A stretch of 64,000 nucleotides of DNA, taken from a virus. The first letter of the stretch is position 1, and each line of letters opens with the position of its first letter. The translations under genes were made by a program, and so were the position numbers. The stretch spans positions 1 through 64,000 of IMG/VR virus record IMGVR_UViG_3300020122_000089; one strand, written 5' to 3'. This document shows, in pieces, positions 49,009 to 58,885 of the stretch. The notes under the pieces were generated by a model. That model was not told the origin of the DNA, made no database searches, and was given only the letters and a program-made list of their open reading frames with translations.

Positions 49009-49890
49009 ATGCGTAGATTTAACCGAATCAAAAAAGAGTGCCTACATGATAAAGAGCCGGACGGCGCGGTGCATATTCCACTTGGACATGGGCAATGTGC
49101 TATAGTTGACATGGAAGATTATCCGACATTGATAGCATACAACTGGATGGGTGGGCGATATGCGTATACAGTCATCGGCGGACGTAAAAACCCCCAAAAA
49201 ATTTACATGCATCAACTAATACTATCAACACCAAATGGGCGTCAGGTGGATCATAGAGACAGGAATCGGATGAATAATAGACGTATAAATCTAAGGCCAG
49301 CCACCGCATCCGAACAGGGACATAACAAGTCGGTTAGTAGTTCTAGTACAACGGGCTATAAAGGCGTGTCGCGCTCTGGCAATAATTTTTGTGCATATAT
49401 TAAGACAAACGGGCATCGAATCATTCTTGGCACATTTATTACCGCAGAGGGTGCTGCGTATATCTATGACGATGCGGCTAGGATTCATTTTGGAGAATTT
49501 GCAGCCTGTAACCTTCCTCCCGATCCTCAGAAGGTAATTCAGGCAAAGCTCAGACAATGCAAAAGAAGGGGCCACCCTCTCCATATCGGCGTATATCGTA
49601 GGGGCGATAAATGGGCGGCGCAGTTCAAAAAGGATGGCGCATGGATTCATTTAGGTCTATTCGCGACAGAGCAAGAGGCGTACCAAGTAACGGTGTTGGC
49701 TACTAACGGAGATTTCACCAAAAAGAAACCAGGTGAAGCGCAAAGAAAATTCACAGCCGAACAGATACTGGATATCAGGAAAATGCGTCGCGACAAGGTG
49801 CCTTATTCTACCATCGCCACGTATTTCTCTACTTGTATTGCTACGATTCAAAGTATAGTTTCGTATAGGTCCTATAAGGATATCCCCTAA
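49009..49890 (+). mobile_element. Free-standing HNH-AP2 homing endonuclease
   Basis: MHQLI, VDHRDRNRMNNRRINLR, SSTTGYKGV, LGTF.T.E.AA..YD.AA...FGEFA, second AP2, C-terminal HTH. Confidence 0.9.
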
Positions 49891-49995
49891 CCAGCTAATT
49901 TCCACCCCTCACAATTTTCATTGCAATCATCAGCCAGCCACAACCTACCGCATTGGCATTTGAATACGTGAACTGATTCGGGCGGTAGAATTCTC

Positions 49996-50025
49996 TTGCA
50001 AATGCACATCGTTGTATGTTATAAT
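49996..50025 (+). promoter_or_regulatory. Leaderless sigma70 promoter
   Basis: TTGCAA-18-TATAAT-6-ATG. Confidence 0.8.
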
Positions 50026-50031
50026 GCGGCA

Positions 50032-50568
50032 ATGCTTTGGTGTTTATCTAACCGTTGTGATATACTTGCCTTACCGTTAGCTGATCGCCATTACAATCGC
50101 CAAAAGATAGGATCGCCACAATTCGTTCCGCCGGGCAGATGTATTGTCCTGCTAACCCCTCAAGCGGACGCTCTCTGGGTATCATCTTGGCCGTTAAAGG
50201 AATTCACAAAACATGCATGGTCTGGCGCATGGATCAATACATTATTCCGTAATGAATCTGATATTTTATCAAGCATACTAATTCAAGGGGCGGTAGCCAT
50301 CACCCGTGGTATTTGGGGCGACCCACCCCGATTAGGTATGGTGACGTTCATTGATAAAACCAAGGTAAAGAAGAAACGCGATTGGGGTAGATGCTACCGT
50401 CGAGCTGGATTTATTCCAGCGCAATGCCCGATTCATTATCCAGGGGTGACACGCGACTGCGCCTCTTGTCGTCATGAAACGTCTATCAACCATCTTTTTG
50501 CAGTACAGATGTTGCCGACGGCGATGCCCGAACCTAAGTATTTCCCGTCGTTATTTGACTATCTTTAA
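50032..50568 (+). CDS. Mom-like (GNAT-fold) putative DNA modification protein
   Basis: LADRHYNRQ, FRNE..LSS.LI..A, TFID, G.CY..AGF pattern. Confidence 0.55.
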   Translation: MLWCLSNRCDILALPLADRHYNRQKIGSPQFVPPGRCIVLLTPQADALWVSSWPLKEFTKHAWSGAWINTLFRNESDILSSILIQGAVAITRGIWGDPPRLGMVTFIDKTKVKKKRDWGRCYRRAGFIPAQCPIHYPGVTRDCASCRHETSINHLFAVQMLPTAMPEPKYFPSLFDYL

Positions 50569-51169
50569 CCTTTGCAACATTCGCTGGGACAAAGTAATCC
50601 GTGTGGCAATCTTTGCATTGATGAACGAATCCGCCTGTTTCGCCAAGGATTTGTTTGTGTGCGGCATCTTCTTGCATGCCGTATTTTTTCATTGTTGAAT
50701 CTAGGCGTTCTTTGTACTTCGGGTTGTCGATTGGAGGGTGCCACGGCCCGGCGTCAGCACCACACGAAGGGCATTTTCCAGGCCCGTCGGCGGCATGCAC
50801 CATATCGCCTTCGTATACTTCGCGGCCGTCTACGATTAAGAATCCGTCACCGCAAGGGATTTTCTCGATGTTTTCATCCTTTGACATATCTTCGGTGGGC
50901 TCTTCGCTTGCCGCCATAGCTTTTGGTTCTTCCGGAAGATTGACAAAAACGGTTAGGATATCTTTGCCGTCAAATTGAAGTGTGTATGATTCTTGCGGAT
51001 CGACAAGAATAGAGCCAGCAGCGCCAACCTCACCAACCCCAGTAATCTCTATCTTATTGACAGGGGCGGATAAATACCAAGTGAGGCGCACTTTATCGCC
51101 CTCTACCTTAGCGGTAAAGCAGCTGATGATACTAGGCGGTGGTGGTTGCTCTATGTTGTCATCTGGCAT
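50534..51169 (-). CDS. Hypothetical protein (Ig-like N-terminus, CxxC pairs)
   Basis: TAATG overlap with the upstream gene. Confidence 0.55.
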   Translation of the reverse strand: MPDDNIEQPPPPSIISCFTAKVEGDKVRLTWYLSAPVNKIEITGVGEVGAAGSILVDPQESYTLQFDGKDILTVFVNLPEEPKAMAASEEPTEDMSKDENIEKIPCGDGFLIVDGREVYEGDMVHAADGPGKCPSCGADAGPWHPPIDNPKYKERLDSTMKKYGMQEDAAHKQILGETGGFVHQCKDCHTDYFVPANVAKVKDSQITTGNT

Positions 51170-51939
51170 TAGTAGCCCCCGGGCCAGCCCCTTCCAATTC
51201 TACCTGCACGGCTTTCGCCAAATATCTTGCGCCGTTGAGGCGTCTCACGCCTGAAGCCGCTCCAGCGAGCTTCTTCAAAGAGCGGGGCCCATTGCTGCAC
51301 CTTCTTTTCTTGCGCCTGCGCTAGTAGTTTTTGCCGCTCGTTCAGCCCTTTATCTGGGTCTGCTAGAAATGCAAAAAGGTTTAATGCGCAGTCAGCTATT
51401 AGAAAGAAGTGCTGCTCCTCGATTGGGAATAATGATGTATCATCGAAGATAGGCGGTACGCTCGCCGATCCGGTAGAATATGTTACCATATATACACAGG
51501 ACTGGCTATGCGCGGGCGTCCATAGCATTTTCCATTGCCCATCTTCGTTGATTGGCGCAAAACAGGCTGCTACGTGAGGATGCGCCCATCCACCACCTAT
51601 AGGTAAATTGTCAGGCCCGCTCCAGTAAGAGGTCATTTGATCGACCCTAACGGCGTCTATCATTCTTGGAATGTGATATGGATTGTTAGGGTCGTATGTC
51701 TTTATCATTACCACTTCGGCGAAATCGCCTAGGGTGATATTTGTTTCAGCGGGCAGTCCTGCATTGACAGGCATTGGCCATCGTTTTACCGACCAGCTTT
51801 CATGTGTTAAACGTAGCTTCGTTCGGTAGAAGGCGGTAACACCCCAGGCCTCCATTAAGATTTGGTCGTCGCCTAACTCTTGCTCGGACGGGTAGCCTAA
51901 GGCTCGTCTGACTTCGCCAATGAAAACGGCCATTAGCAT
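51169..51939 (-). CDS. Putative head-tail adaptor
   Basis: I.EVRRALG.P...L.D..I N-terminus; position. Confidence 0.5.
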   Translation of the reverse strand: MLMAVFIGEVRRALGYPSEQELGDDQILMEAWGVTAFYRTKLRLTHESWSVKRWPMPVNAGLPAETNITLGDFAEVVMIKTYDPNNPYHIPRMIDAVRVDQMTSYWSGPDNLPIGGGWAHPHVAACFAPINEDGQWKMLWTPAHSQSCVYMVTYSTGSASVPPIFDDTSLFPIEEQHFFLIADCALNLFAFLADPDKGLNERQKLLAQAQEKKVQQWAPLFEEARWSGFRRETPQRRKIFGESRAGRIGRGWPGGY

Positions 51940-51944
51940 TTTGC

Positions 51945-51973
51945 TTGACCCCTTAGAACAAATGTGCTATACT
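51945..51973 (+). promoter_or_regulatory. Leaderless sigma70 promoter
   Basis: TTGACC-17-TATACT-7-ATG 51981. Confidence 0.8.
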
Positions 51974-51980
51974 ACGAAAC

Positions 51981-52097
51981 ATGGAATCTTCCGGAAGAAA
52001 GAATTTCATTGTTCAACATCCAAATGGCGACCTCACCCTCTGCGGGCCTGGTAGATCGAAAACCTTCAACATACCATCTAAAATCACTCAACAGTGA
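51981..52097 (+). CDS. 38-aa leaderless peptide MESSGRKNFIVQHPNG...
   Basis: ATG at predicted +1; not in the ORF track. Confidence 0.5.
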   Translation: MESSGRKNFIVQHPNGDLTLCGPGRSKTFNIPSKITQQ

Positions 52098-52124
52098 ATA
52101 CAGTTCCCATGCCTCAGAAGAAGC

Positions 52125-52373
52125 ATGCGGCACATCCTAGAACATGCTGAACCGTGCGAAGATGTACGGTATCAAGTAAAGATGGCGCTTTTGGTTGATG
52201 CCGCTCTTTTAGGGTGCGGCCAGCAAAACGATCCAGGTTGGCCGTACCTGCCTACTGAACCCATAGCATGCCTGCCAGTTTCAGATTTGTGGTTGAATGA
52301 AATCCTGGCATTGCCGCATATTGCTGAACGGATACAGAAATCTCATGACCCACTTACAGTGCCAGCCGATTAA
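52125..52373 (+). CDS. Hypothetical protein
   Basis: Fills the rest of the moron. Confidence 0.4.
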   Translation: MRHILEHAEPCEDVRYQVKMALLVDAALLGCGQQNDPGWPYLPTEPIACLPVSDLWLNEILALPHIAERIQKSHDPLTVPAD

Positions 52374-53665
52374 CCGCCAAGAATAGACTTCAACACCTGA
52401 TCCTTTGCACCTTTTGGATCAAGTCTAGCGGCTATCTTTTCTATGTCGGCTTCGTCTTCGGGGGATAGTTTTACGGGTGGAGCCATTGGCCCTACCGATT
52501 CGTCATCGTCTTCTTGATTTGATTCCGTCGCCAATGGCATCGCTTTGTCCATTTCAATTGCCGCTTGAACGCCAGGCGATGGCTCGACAAAGGCCGTTGG
52601 CGCGTAGGGCGCTGCTGACTCACCTACTGGGCGGAATTCATACCCGCAATGGCGACACTTGCGAGGCGGCCCTCCGTTGATTGTGTTGATCTCCTCTGCG
52701 CAATCTGGACATTGCATTTTTTGGATAGTCGAGGCGGTAGCCGCAGGCTGTCCATTTCCCGCATTCTTCGCCACAACTGTTTCGATGTACATCTTGATTT
52801 CTTCCGGAGAAAGACCGCCACGGGTGGTGGATTCAAGAGTACGGCTTAGTGCAGTACGTTCGGGTTTGCGACCTAATAGCCACGCGAGCTTGAAGTAGTA
52901 ACGGTCGTAATTGTCCGTATTGTTAGGATTGCGCATCCTATCTTCAATTGCGGCTATTCTTGTTTCGGCGATGATTCTGAATTGGTCATTGGCGGGTATC
53001 ATGTAATCCATTATTGCGCGGTGCCACGCATCGCGCAGGAACGGCCTTGCGTCAATCACCCTGCGATGTGATTCAAGCATGCGGCCAGTTTCAAGACGTT
53101 CTACTGCATCTTGAAGCCAGCGGAGGCGGATGGCGAGCATACCTACCGCCTCTATCTCATTTCGCATGTCGGCGGGTTTGTCGAGTTCTTTTACTCGCGA
53201 AGGTCGAATCATTTCATTCAACGTGCTGTATTCAACGTCTATCTTATCGAATGGTTCGATATGCGCTAGGATATGTGACGTGATAGCGCGGTCTGATCTG
53301 AGGGCTTGAAGCGTAGTCCCGGCGGGGATTGCAATTACGTGCAACCTTCCTATCTCTTTTTGTTCGATTGGATGGCTTATCACCACCTCTTTGTGCGGAA
53401 CGGCTTGGTCGAGCCTACCGGCTAATACGGATTCTTCAATAGCGCCAATCCTGAACACTTCGCCGGCGGGGATTCTTGAATACGCAGGCGAGTGAAGCAT
53501 TGGCTGTAACCCTTCTGCGTCAATGCCTGGAATGTAAACATAATACGGGCCGGGTTCGGCGGTATTGATATCCCGCACCGTGATGCGTGGTTGCATTTCG
53601 TTTGGCACCATCGCATCTTGCCCAAGATTGTCAAAAACACTCTTTTCAACTGTCGCGCTACTCAT
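52370..53665 (-). CDS. Hypothetical protein with Zn-ribbon (CPDC...CRHC)
   Basis: AGGAG RBS before MSSATVEK. Confidence 0.7.
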   Translation of the reverse strand: MSSATVEKSVFDNLGQDAMVPNEMQPRITVRDINTAEPGPYYVYIPGIDAEGLQPMLHSPAYSRIPAGEVFRIGAIEESVLAGRLDQAVPHKEVVISHPIEQKEIGRLHVIAIPAGTTLQALRSDRAITSHILAHIEPFDKIDVEYSTLNEMIRPSRVKELDKPADMRNEIEAVGMLAIRLRWLQDAVERLETGRMLESHRRVIDARPFLRDAWHRAIMDYMIPANDQFRIIAETRIAAIEDRMRNPNNTDNYDRYYFKLAWLLGRKPERTALSRTLESTTRGGLSPEEIKMYIETVVAKNAGNGQPAATASTIQKMQCPDCAEEINTINGGPPRKCRHCGYEFRPVGESAAPYAPTAFVEPSPGVQAAIEMDKAMPLATESNQEDDDESVGPMAPPVKLSPEDEADIEKIAARLDPKGAKDQVLKSILGG

Positions 53666-53908
53666 GGTTGGTCTCCTTAAACTCTTTTTCTTTCTTCCGG
53701 AAGAATTCTTTAGGGCCGCTCCGGTGATTTCGGCCATTTTATGACGGATGACTTCGTAGGTGTCTTTTGAGGTGTTTAATTCTGTTTCACCTGAAACGCT
53801 TGACGCCCATTCAAGAAGGATTAAAAGGTTTTCATCGTTGAAACTTTCATGCGGAGAGGTTTGACGTGCGTTAAACCAAACGTCGCGGAGGTATCTTTCC
53901 CATGCCAA
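53666..53908 (-). CDS. Small hypothetical protein (in frame with the downstream gene)
   Basis: Upstream part of ORF 52370..53908. Confidence 0.4.
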
Positions 53909-53909
53909 G

Positions 53910-54857
53910 CTAATACACCTTTTGCCCTCCGCCTGCGGATGAGAATATCCAGGTAGATTTGCCTTTCCTGCTGGTGAATCTTTGCTTGTGCGTATTGAAG
54001 GCCGATCTGATGCGTAGCCGCATAGCTTCGCGCTCTTTTGCTTTTAATTCTTTATCGGTATCGGCTATGCGCATTAGATTCTTTCGCATCGCTTCTGGCG
54101 TAGGGGATTCTCGCCAATCATGTGTGTGAGTTTCTGCGTAGTTACGTCGCCAGAGTGCTTGTACGTATTCGAGGTCGAGGTCGGATGGTTCACGATACAG
54201 CCCAAAACATTTTCTTCTTTCTAGTTTTGCGCGTTCGCAACATAGATGTGAAACGTGCCTCCAAATGCCGTGAAAGCCAAGAAAGTAAAACCCCTCGCGT
54301 GGCATTGGACCCATGTCCGCCTCTTGCCCGGGGTGTCCAAACGTACCCATTACACGACGCCTCGCTTCATCCCATGGGCCTATGATTTCAGGCGGCGTGT
54401 ATTGACTTACCCACCAACGAGGAACGCCAATCTCTTGGTTGTATACCATTTGCGGATAAGGAAGCCCGTATTCTTCACCGTCAGGAAGCATCGCCTTTAA
54501 CTTACCGAATTCTTTTTTCAATGGGTAGGTTAAGGTTTTTACTGTTCTTCCGGAAGAATCACAGACGTCTACATGCCAGCCGATTTGCTCCTGAAGGATT
54601 ACCCTGTGTAGGTATTTCAACGCCCTTGTGAAGGGTGTCCATGTACAAATTGAACCCCATTCCAATCTAAGCATTGGCAGTCCATTTGGGGTTAATCCTG
54701 CAATGTTTATCAATTGGCGTTGAAACCAATCACACCCTTGAGGTGGATTAAAGTTTCTTGGCGGTGGCCATATATCGTAAGGATTCTCGGACATTTGAGA
54801 TGTACCGAGAACTAATGGCCTGTCTACGTCGATGAGGTATTTTTGTTCTGCGCTCAT
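53910..54857 (-). CDS. Hypothetical protein
   Basis: 315-aa ORF, ATGA overlap. Confidence 0.7.
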   Translation of the reverse strand: MSAEQKYLIDVDRPLVLGTSQMSENPYDIWPPPRNFNPPQGCDWFQRQLINIAGLTPNGLPMLRLEWGSICTWTPFTRALKYLHRVILQEQIGWHVDVCDSSGRTVKTLTYPLKKEFGKLKAMLPDGEEYGLPYPQMVYNQEIGVPRWWVSQYTPPEIIGPWDEARRRVMGTFGHPGQEADMGPMPREGFYFLGFHGIWRHVSHLCCERAKLERRKCFGLYREPSDLDLEYVQALWRRNYAETHTHDWRESPTPEAMRKNLMRIADTDKELKAKEREAMRLRIRSAFNTHKQRFTSRKGKSTWIFSSAGGGQKVY

Positions 54858-55504
54858 TTGATAAATGCCGTGTATGAAGGTGGGTAAGATATTGTCGATT
54901 GTGGAATTGAAGGGGCGACCCCTGCCGTCATCGGGCCATCAAAAGATACATCGATAGCGCATGGCGCTACGCCTTCGAGACGTTTATTCACCTCCATAAA
55001 CTGCTTTAATTTCTTCTTTGGGATTGATAAACAAAATCTGCCGTATTCAGTAGTTGGAAACTCGTGGTCATTCCAGCCTTGCATCCATCGTATGGTTCTA
55101 GTGCCAACACTCCAAAACCCAAAATATATCTTCCACGTTCCACGGTCGGTGGCGATACCAATAATAAAATCCTTGATGAAGAAGCTGATCTGGCAGCCCC
55201 ATTCGTACACGTCTCTATCACTAGAACGCTGAAGCCCTATGCCGTATTGCCAAACGGCGGCGTTGCCCTTGCCCCACCATAAGATTCGGTGCTTACTACC
55301 TTTTGCGTTCCGTACTGGACTTCCTTTACCTTCAATACGGAAGAATGGCCATGCGAGAGAAAACCCTAGCCAGTGCGTCTTAGAGGATACTAGAATACAG
55401 CCACCCCAGCCCCACGGATTATATCTAGGGCGCAGGAAATACATGCGGCGATAATACACGCCACCACTTTCGTCTGTTTTGAATTTCTTCCGGAAGAATT
55501 GCAT
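54854..55504 (-). CDS. Trp/Gly-rich hypothetical protein
   Basis: Starts MQFFRKK (palindrome). Confidence 0.55.
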   Translation of the reverse strand: MQFFRKKFKTDESGGVYYRRMYFLRPRYNPWGWGGCILVSSKTHWLGFSLAWPFFRIEGKGSPVRNAKGSKHRILWWGKGNAAVWQYGIGLQRSSDRDVYEWGCQISFFIKDFIIGIATDRGTWKIYFGFWSVGTRTIRWMQGWNDHEFPTTEYGRFCLSIPKKKLKQFMEVNKRLEGVAPCAIDVSFDGPMTAGVAPSIPQSTISYPPSYTAFIK

Positions 55505-55509
55505 TGTGG

Positions 55510-55971
55510 TTACTTTGTGATATTTTCCAGCATCTCACGCATGTGGTCTTTGAAACGGGATATGGAAGGGGTATTTTCAATCGGGATTTTACATCCAGGC
55601 CAAATTGGCATGATAGCACCTGGCGCTGCGTTTGCCAGCCCCGCTATGTTACACATCTTTTCATCCTGCGCCTGGTCTTGCATTTGCTGCCAGACGGCCG
55701 CCATTTCGCGCTGCTGTTTTCTGAATTCACGTTCTTTCCACTCTACTTCTGTCAGCCTTTCTTTTGGCATTTCACCCGCCAACCTTCGATTAACTTCGGC
55801 GGCCAGTTCATCTGAATAAAGCAGCGCGTTTAGAATTTCTCCTTCCGGAAGACCGGTTTGCTCGACAAGTTCGGATAACATTCGCCCTATCGCGGCGAAT
55901 GCCCTATTGCTTTCGGCGGGTTCTAAGACGCGCTCGCGCTCTTGAACGTCGGGTTGTGATTGGGTGTCCAT
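55510..55971 (-). CDS. Hypothetical protein
   Basis: ORF in operon. Confidence 0.6.
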   Translation of the reverse strand: MDTQSQPDVQERERVLEPAESNRAFAAIGRMLSELVEQTGLPEGEILNALLYSDELAAEVNRRLAGEMPKERLTEVEWKEREFRKQQREMAAVWQQMQDQAQDEKMCNIAGLANAAPGAIMPIWPGCKIPIENTPSISRFKDHMREMLENITK

Positions 55972-55972
55972 T

Positions 55973-56395
55973 TCAGACTATTATCACCTCGCCTGGCTTA
56001 CCCATCTTCTTTGCTTCTTTTACGGTCCAGCACCCACCACTCTTCACATGTTCATTCGTACCGCAATGGTAGCAGAGCTTGAATCGCATACCGTCGTAAT
56101 TTGGCGGTAGCTCTTTAACGGTAATACAAACAACCTTGTCGCTGTTTTGGGCTATCTTGAGATTGCGCTGTTTGTATCCACCTTCCCAGGATCGGCGCGC
56201 GGGAGGAAATTCCTCATATTCAAGCCCTAAAGATTTTGCCTCTTCTACGGCCCAAATATCAATGCCACCTAAGTGACATGCGCCACTGACTACTATATCG
56301 CCATGGCTGAGTAATGAACGAATAGTCTGGCGGGCTTTTGCTTCTGTGTCGGATGTGAACTTTGCAGCTTCGCTGCCAACGATTCCAATTCGCAT
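55973..56395 (-). CDS. SLOG-superfamily (DprA/YspA-like) protein
   Basis: IGIVGS, IVVSGA...GGID.WA...A...G, RN..I...SD. Confidence 0.7.
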   Translation of the reverse strand: MRIGIVGSEAAKFTSDTEAKARQTIRSLLSHGDIVVSGACHLGGIDIWAVEEAKSLGLEYEEFPPARRSWEGGYKQRNLKIAQNSDKVVCITVKELPPNYDGMRFKLCYHCGTNEHVKSGGCWTVKEAKKMGKPGEVIIV

Positions 56396-56481
56396 GATTG
56401 CATTATGCAAGGGCCGTTACCTTATGTGCTATTTCATAAGAACCGTCTGGCTATTCACCGCGATGACGGCCAGCCCTTGTT

Positions 56482-57210
56482 CTAGGGGCTCGATTTTCCA
56501 CACTCTTTCGCTATGCGTTTGACGAATAAGATATCAGCCTTTCGCGTTTCTTCTGCATCGGCGGCACGGCGAGCTTCTTGCGCTTCTTTTTCTTTATCTT
56601 CGGCTATCGCCTTTAATCGTTCTAGGTGCGTCTTACCGGCGTATTTATCTGGGGGTGGATACGTCCATGTCGTGCCGCTGCCACTAAACGTGATTACGCC
56701 CGTTAGGCCGCCTAGGTCGACGTAGTCCGGTATCTGCCTCGCCGCCTTTTGAATGGCTAAAAGGAGATTTTCCCGTGTGCACTCGATATCATTGCCAGTC
56801 TTGGCGGTGGTGGCCTTAGTTGCCGCCTCGCAGCAATCGTTGAATTCTTTAGTACCGGGCACACCACCGCACCCACATAGCCATTGAGTCTGAGTGGGCG
56901 GAAGCGTGAACGCAACCACCCTTCCGGTCATGCGTGATGGCTCTTGGATGTGTAGCACATGTAGCGCTTCATCTCGCCGACGCACCATATTAGCCCACGT
57001 ATTCTCGCGATTGAATTTCCTCCACTCTAAAACATCACCAATCTCAGGATGGGTGATGCCTTCACATTCAAGCGCCTTAGCCTCCCAAAGCATCGCTGCA
57101 CGTTCCCATTTGCTTGTAGCGTCTTGCCATGCGGATACGGATTGCGCATTGGCGGCGGTATGGATTAACGATATCGCAACCGTTAAGAATAAGAGGATTC
57201 GTAATTTCAT
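56482..57210 (-). CDS. Secreted hypothetical protein (signal peptide)
   Basis: MKLRILLFLTVAISLIHTAANA|QS. Confidence 0.65.
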   Translation of the reverse strand: MKLRILLFLTVAISLIHTAANAQSVSAWQDATSKWERAAMLWEAKALECEGITHPEIGDVLEWRKFNRENTWANMVRRRDEALHVLHIQEPSRMTGRVVAFTLPPTQTQWLCGCGGVPGTKEFNDCCEAATKATTAKTGNDIECTRENLLLAIQKAARQIPDYVDLGGLTGVITFSGSGTTWTYPPPDKYAGKTHLERLKAIAEDKEKEAQEARRAADAEETRKADILFVKRIAKECGKSSP

Positions 57211-57217
57211 GCAGAAC

Positions 57218-57246
57218 ATATTAACACACTATTTAGCATTTGTCAA
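57218..57246 (-). promoter_or_regulatory. Leaderless sigma70 promoter
   Basis: TTGACA-17-TAATAT-7-ATG 57210. Confidence 0.75.
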
Positions 57247-57268
57247 GAGAAATCTTCCGGAAGAAAGT

Positions 57269-58279
57269 TCACTTAACACCAATTCCTATTAGGATTGCTA
57301 CGCTTTGCGCGTCAATATCGGGGTGGTAATTATCTTCAAATGTCATCCGGATAGCTTCGCACATTGCTTGGTGTTTTTTTGGTGATGTTTCAGTGATTAT
57401 TTGCGCCGCTTCTTCGGTTGAATGATTGTCTAGGTCGATACAGGTTTCACCATCACGCCAAAACACCCCCGATCGCTGTCCTTCGTAGTATCGGGCATGG
57501 CCTATTAGCGGCCTTCCTATTGCAGCCCATGAATGAATACAGTGGCCGAAACCGTCGCCGGTTGGTTTGTCATGATAAGCCCAAGATGAACGCGCCATCT
57601 TTTCTGCGATTGAGGCCACCGGAGTTAAAAACCCATCAGGGCATTTATGGCCGTAGGATTTGAATTCGTAGCTTGGTAATAATTTTGACAGTTCGGCGAA
57701 AGGTTCATAGGATTCTGGAATTTGCGGGAGTAGATTAACAAAAGATGTAATCCTTTTCGATGCTTTTGGCGTACGGAAACGAAATATCGAAAGGCTATCA
57801 AATTCTTGTGAAATATGAACGTATTTGCCTTCCAATCGTCTGCTGGTGCTATCGAGTATCAACGGGCTGAGTTCGTGATTGATTCCCTGCCCTGCATTGC
57901 CGAGATGGTAAAGATATTTTGCGCCAATTTCTTGTGCGAAATTGTGAAAACCTTGCTGGTTTTCTTGAACTGATGCTAGTATAAAATCAAGCGACATTGT
58001 GCGGGCGCGTTCTAGGGTAACGCCATATATTGGGTGTTCTGGATGGCATTGATCGAATGTAATAAATAGCCCGGGTTCAACCTCTCGATATTTAGCGTCG
58101 ATATTAAGGTATTGCCTAGCAAGTCGGTCGTCGCCAAAGCATTCGCCAAACCTCCATATTCCTGCCGTCCACCATTCAAGTCCTAGTGGGGTATAAAGTT
58201 CGCATCCTAATCTGTCTTCAAATAGGCGCTGGAGGGAATAGTATAAATCTGAGTGATGTCGGTCGGCTAGGATGCGCAT
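57269..58279 (-). CDS. GT-B glycosyltransferase-like protein
   Basis: MRIL, H.K..GDGFGH.IH..AA.G.P.I, DGETCI. Confidence 0.65.
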   Translation of the reverse strand: MRILADRHHSDLYYSLQRLFEDRLGCELYTPLGLEWWTAGIWRFGECFGDDRLARQYLNIDAKYREVEPGLFITFDQCHPEHPIYGVTLERARTMSLDFILASVQENQQGFHNFAQEIGAKYLYHLGNAGQGINHELSPLILDSTSRRLEGKYVHISQEFDSLSIFRFRTPKASKRITSFVNLLPQIPESYEPFAELSKLLPSYEFKSYGHKCPDGFLTPVASIAEKMARSSWAYHDKPTGDGFGHCIHSWAAIGRPLIGHARYYEGQRSGVFWRDGETCIDLDNHSTEEAAQIITETSPKKHQAMCEAIRMTFEDNYHPDIDAQSVAILIGIGVK

Positions 58280-58285
58280 TTTAAC

Positions 58286-58864
58286 CTACCAGCAAGAAGG
58301 AGGGGTGGAACACCACCTCCTATGACGCCCCTTATTAGCCCGGCTGATCTTACGTCTTTCTTCTTCGGTGTGTCTCCGTCTCGTTCCGGCGACTGATAAC
58401 TTCCTTCGCCACTCCTCAGAAAACGGTTCGCGAATCCTACCACGTAGAGATTTGGCAATCTTGGCGGCATGTTCCGGCGTTAAGCGCCTGCCGGTATTAC
58501 ATAAACGATTCAGGTGTCGGGCCACGTCGGAGACGCCCTGACCGCCCGTCGTAGTGTTAGTTAATCGTAAGCCCTCTGATTTTAATTTTTTAATCCATCG
58601 CTTTTCCGCCCCGTCCGGATCGGCGACGTTACTTTCTAGTATAATCAGTCCTGGCGGCGATGAAAGTGACCGAATCCAACGGGCCCGATAGGTATCATCG
58701 GCACGCCTCACCGTGATATGTGATCTATACCGTTTTTCCGGTTCGATAGACTGGCCTACGTATCTTATCTCACCCGTTTCCGGGTCGGTTAGTCCATATA
58801 TCGAACTTCGTTTCGTTTCTATTGATTCTAACCTGCGGAGAATTGCAAGATAGTCAATCGCCAT
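58286..58864 (-). mobile_element. GIY-YIG homing endonuclease with NUMOD3 repeats
   Basis: IYGLTDP...IRYVGQS, R..H, E..WI, LTN...GG, HTEEERRKIS. Confidence 0.85.
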
Positions 58865-58885
58865 TTATTACACCGTATAGCCTAC

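Noticed and set aside
42802-58864. Homing endonucleases as intron- or intein-encoded
   Set aside because: Flanking genes appear complete on both sides; two are antisense with their own promoters, so they look free-standing.
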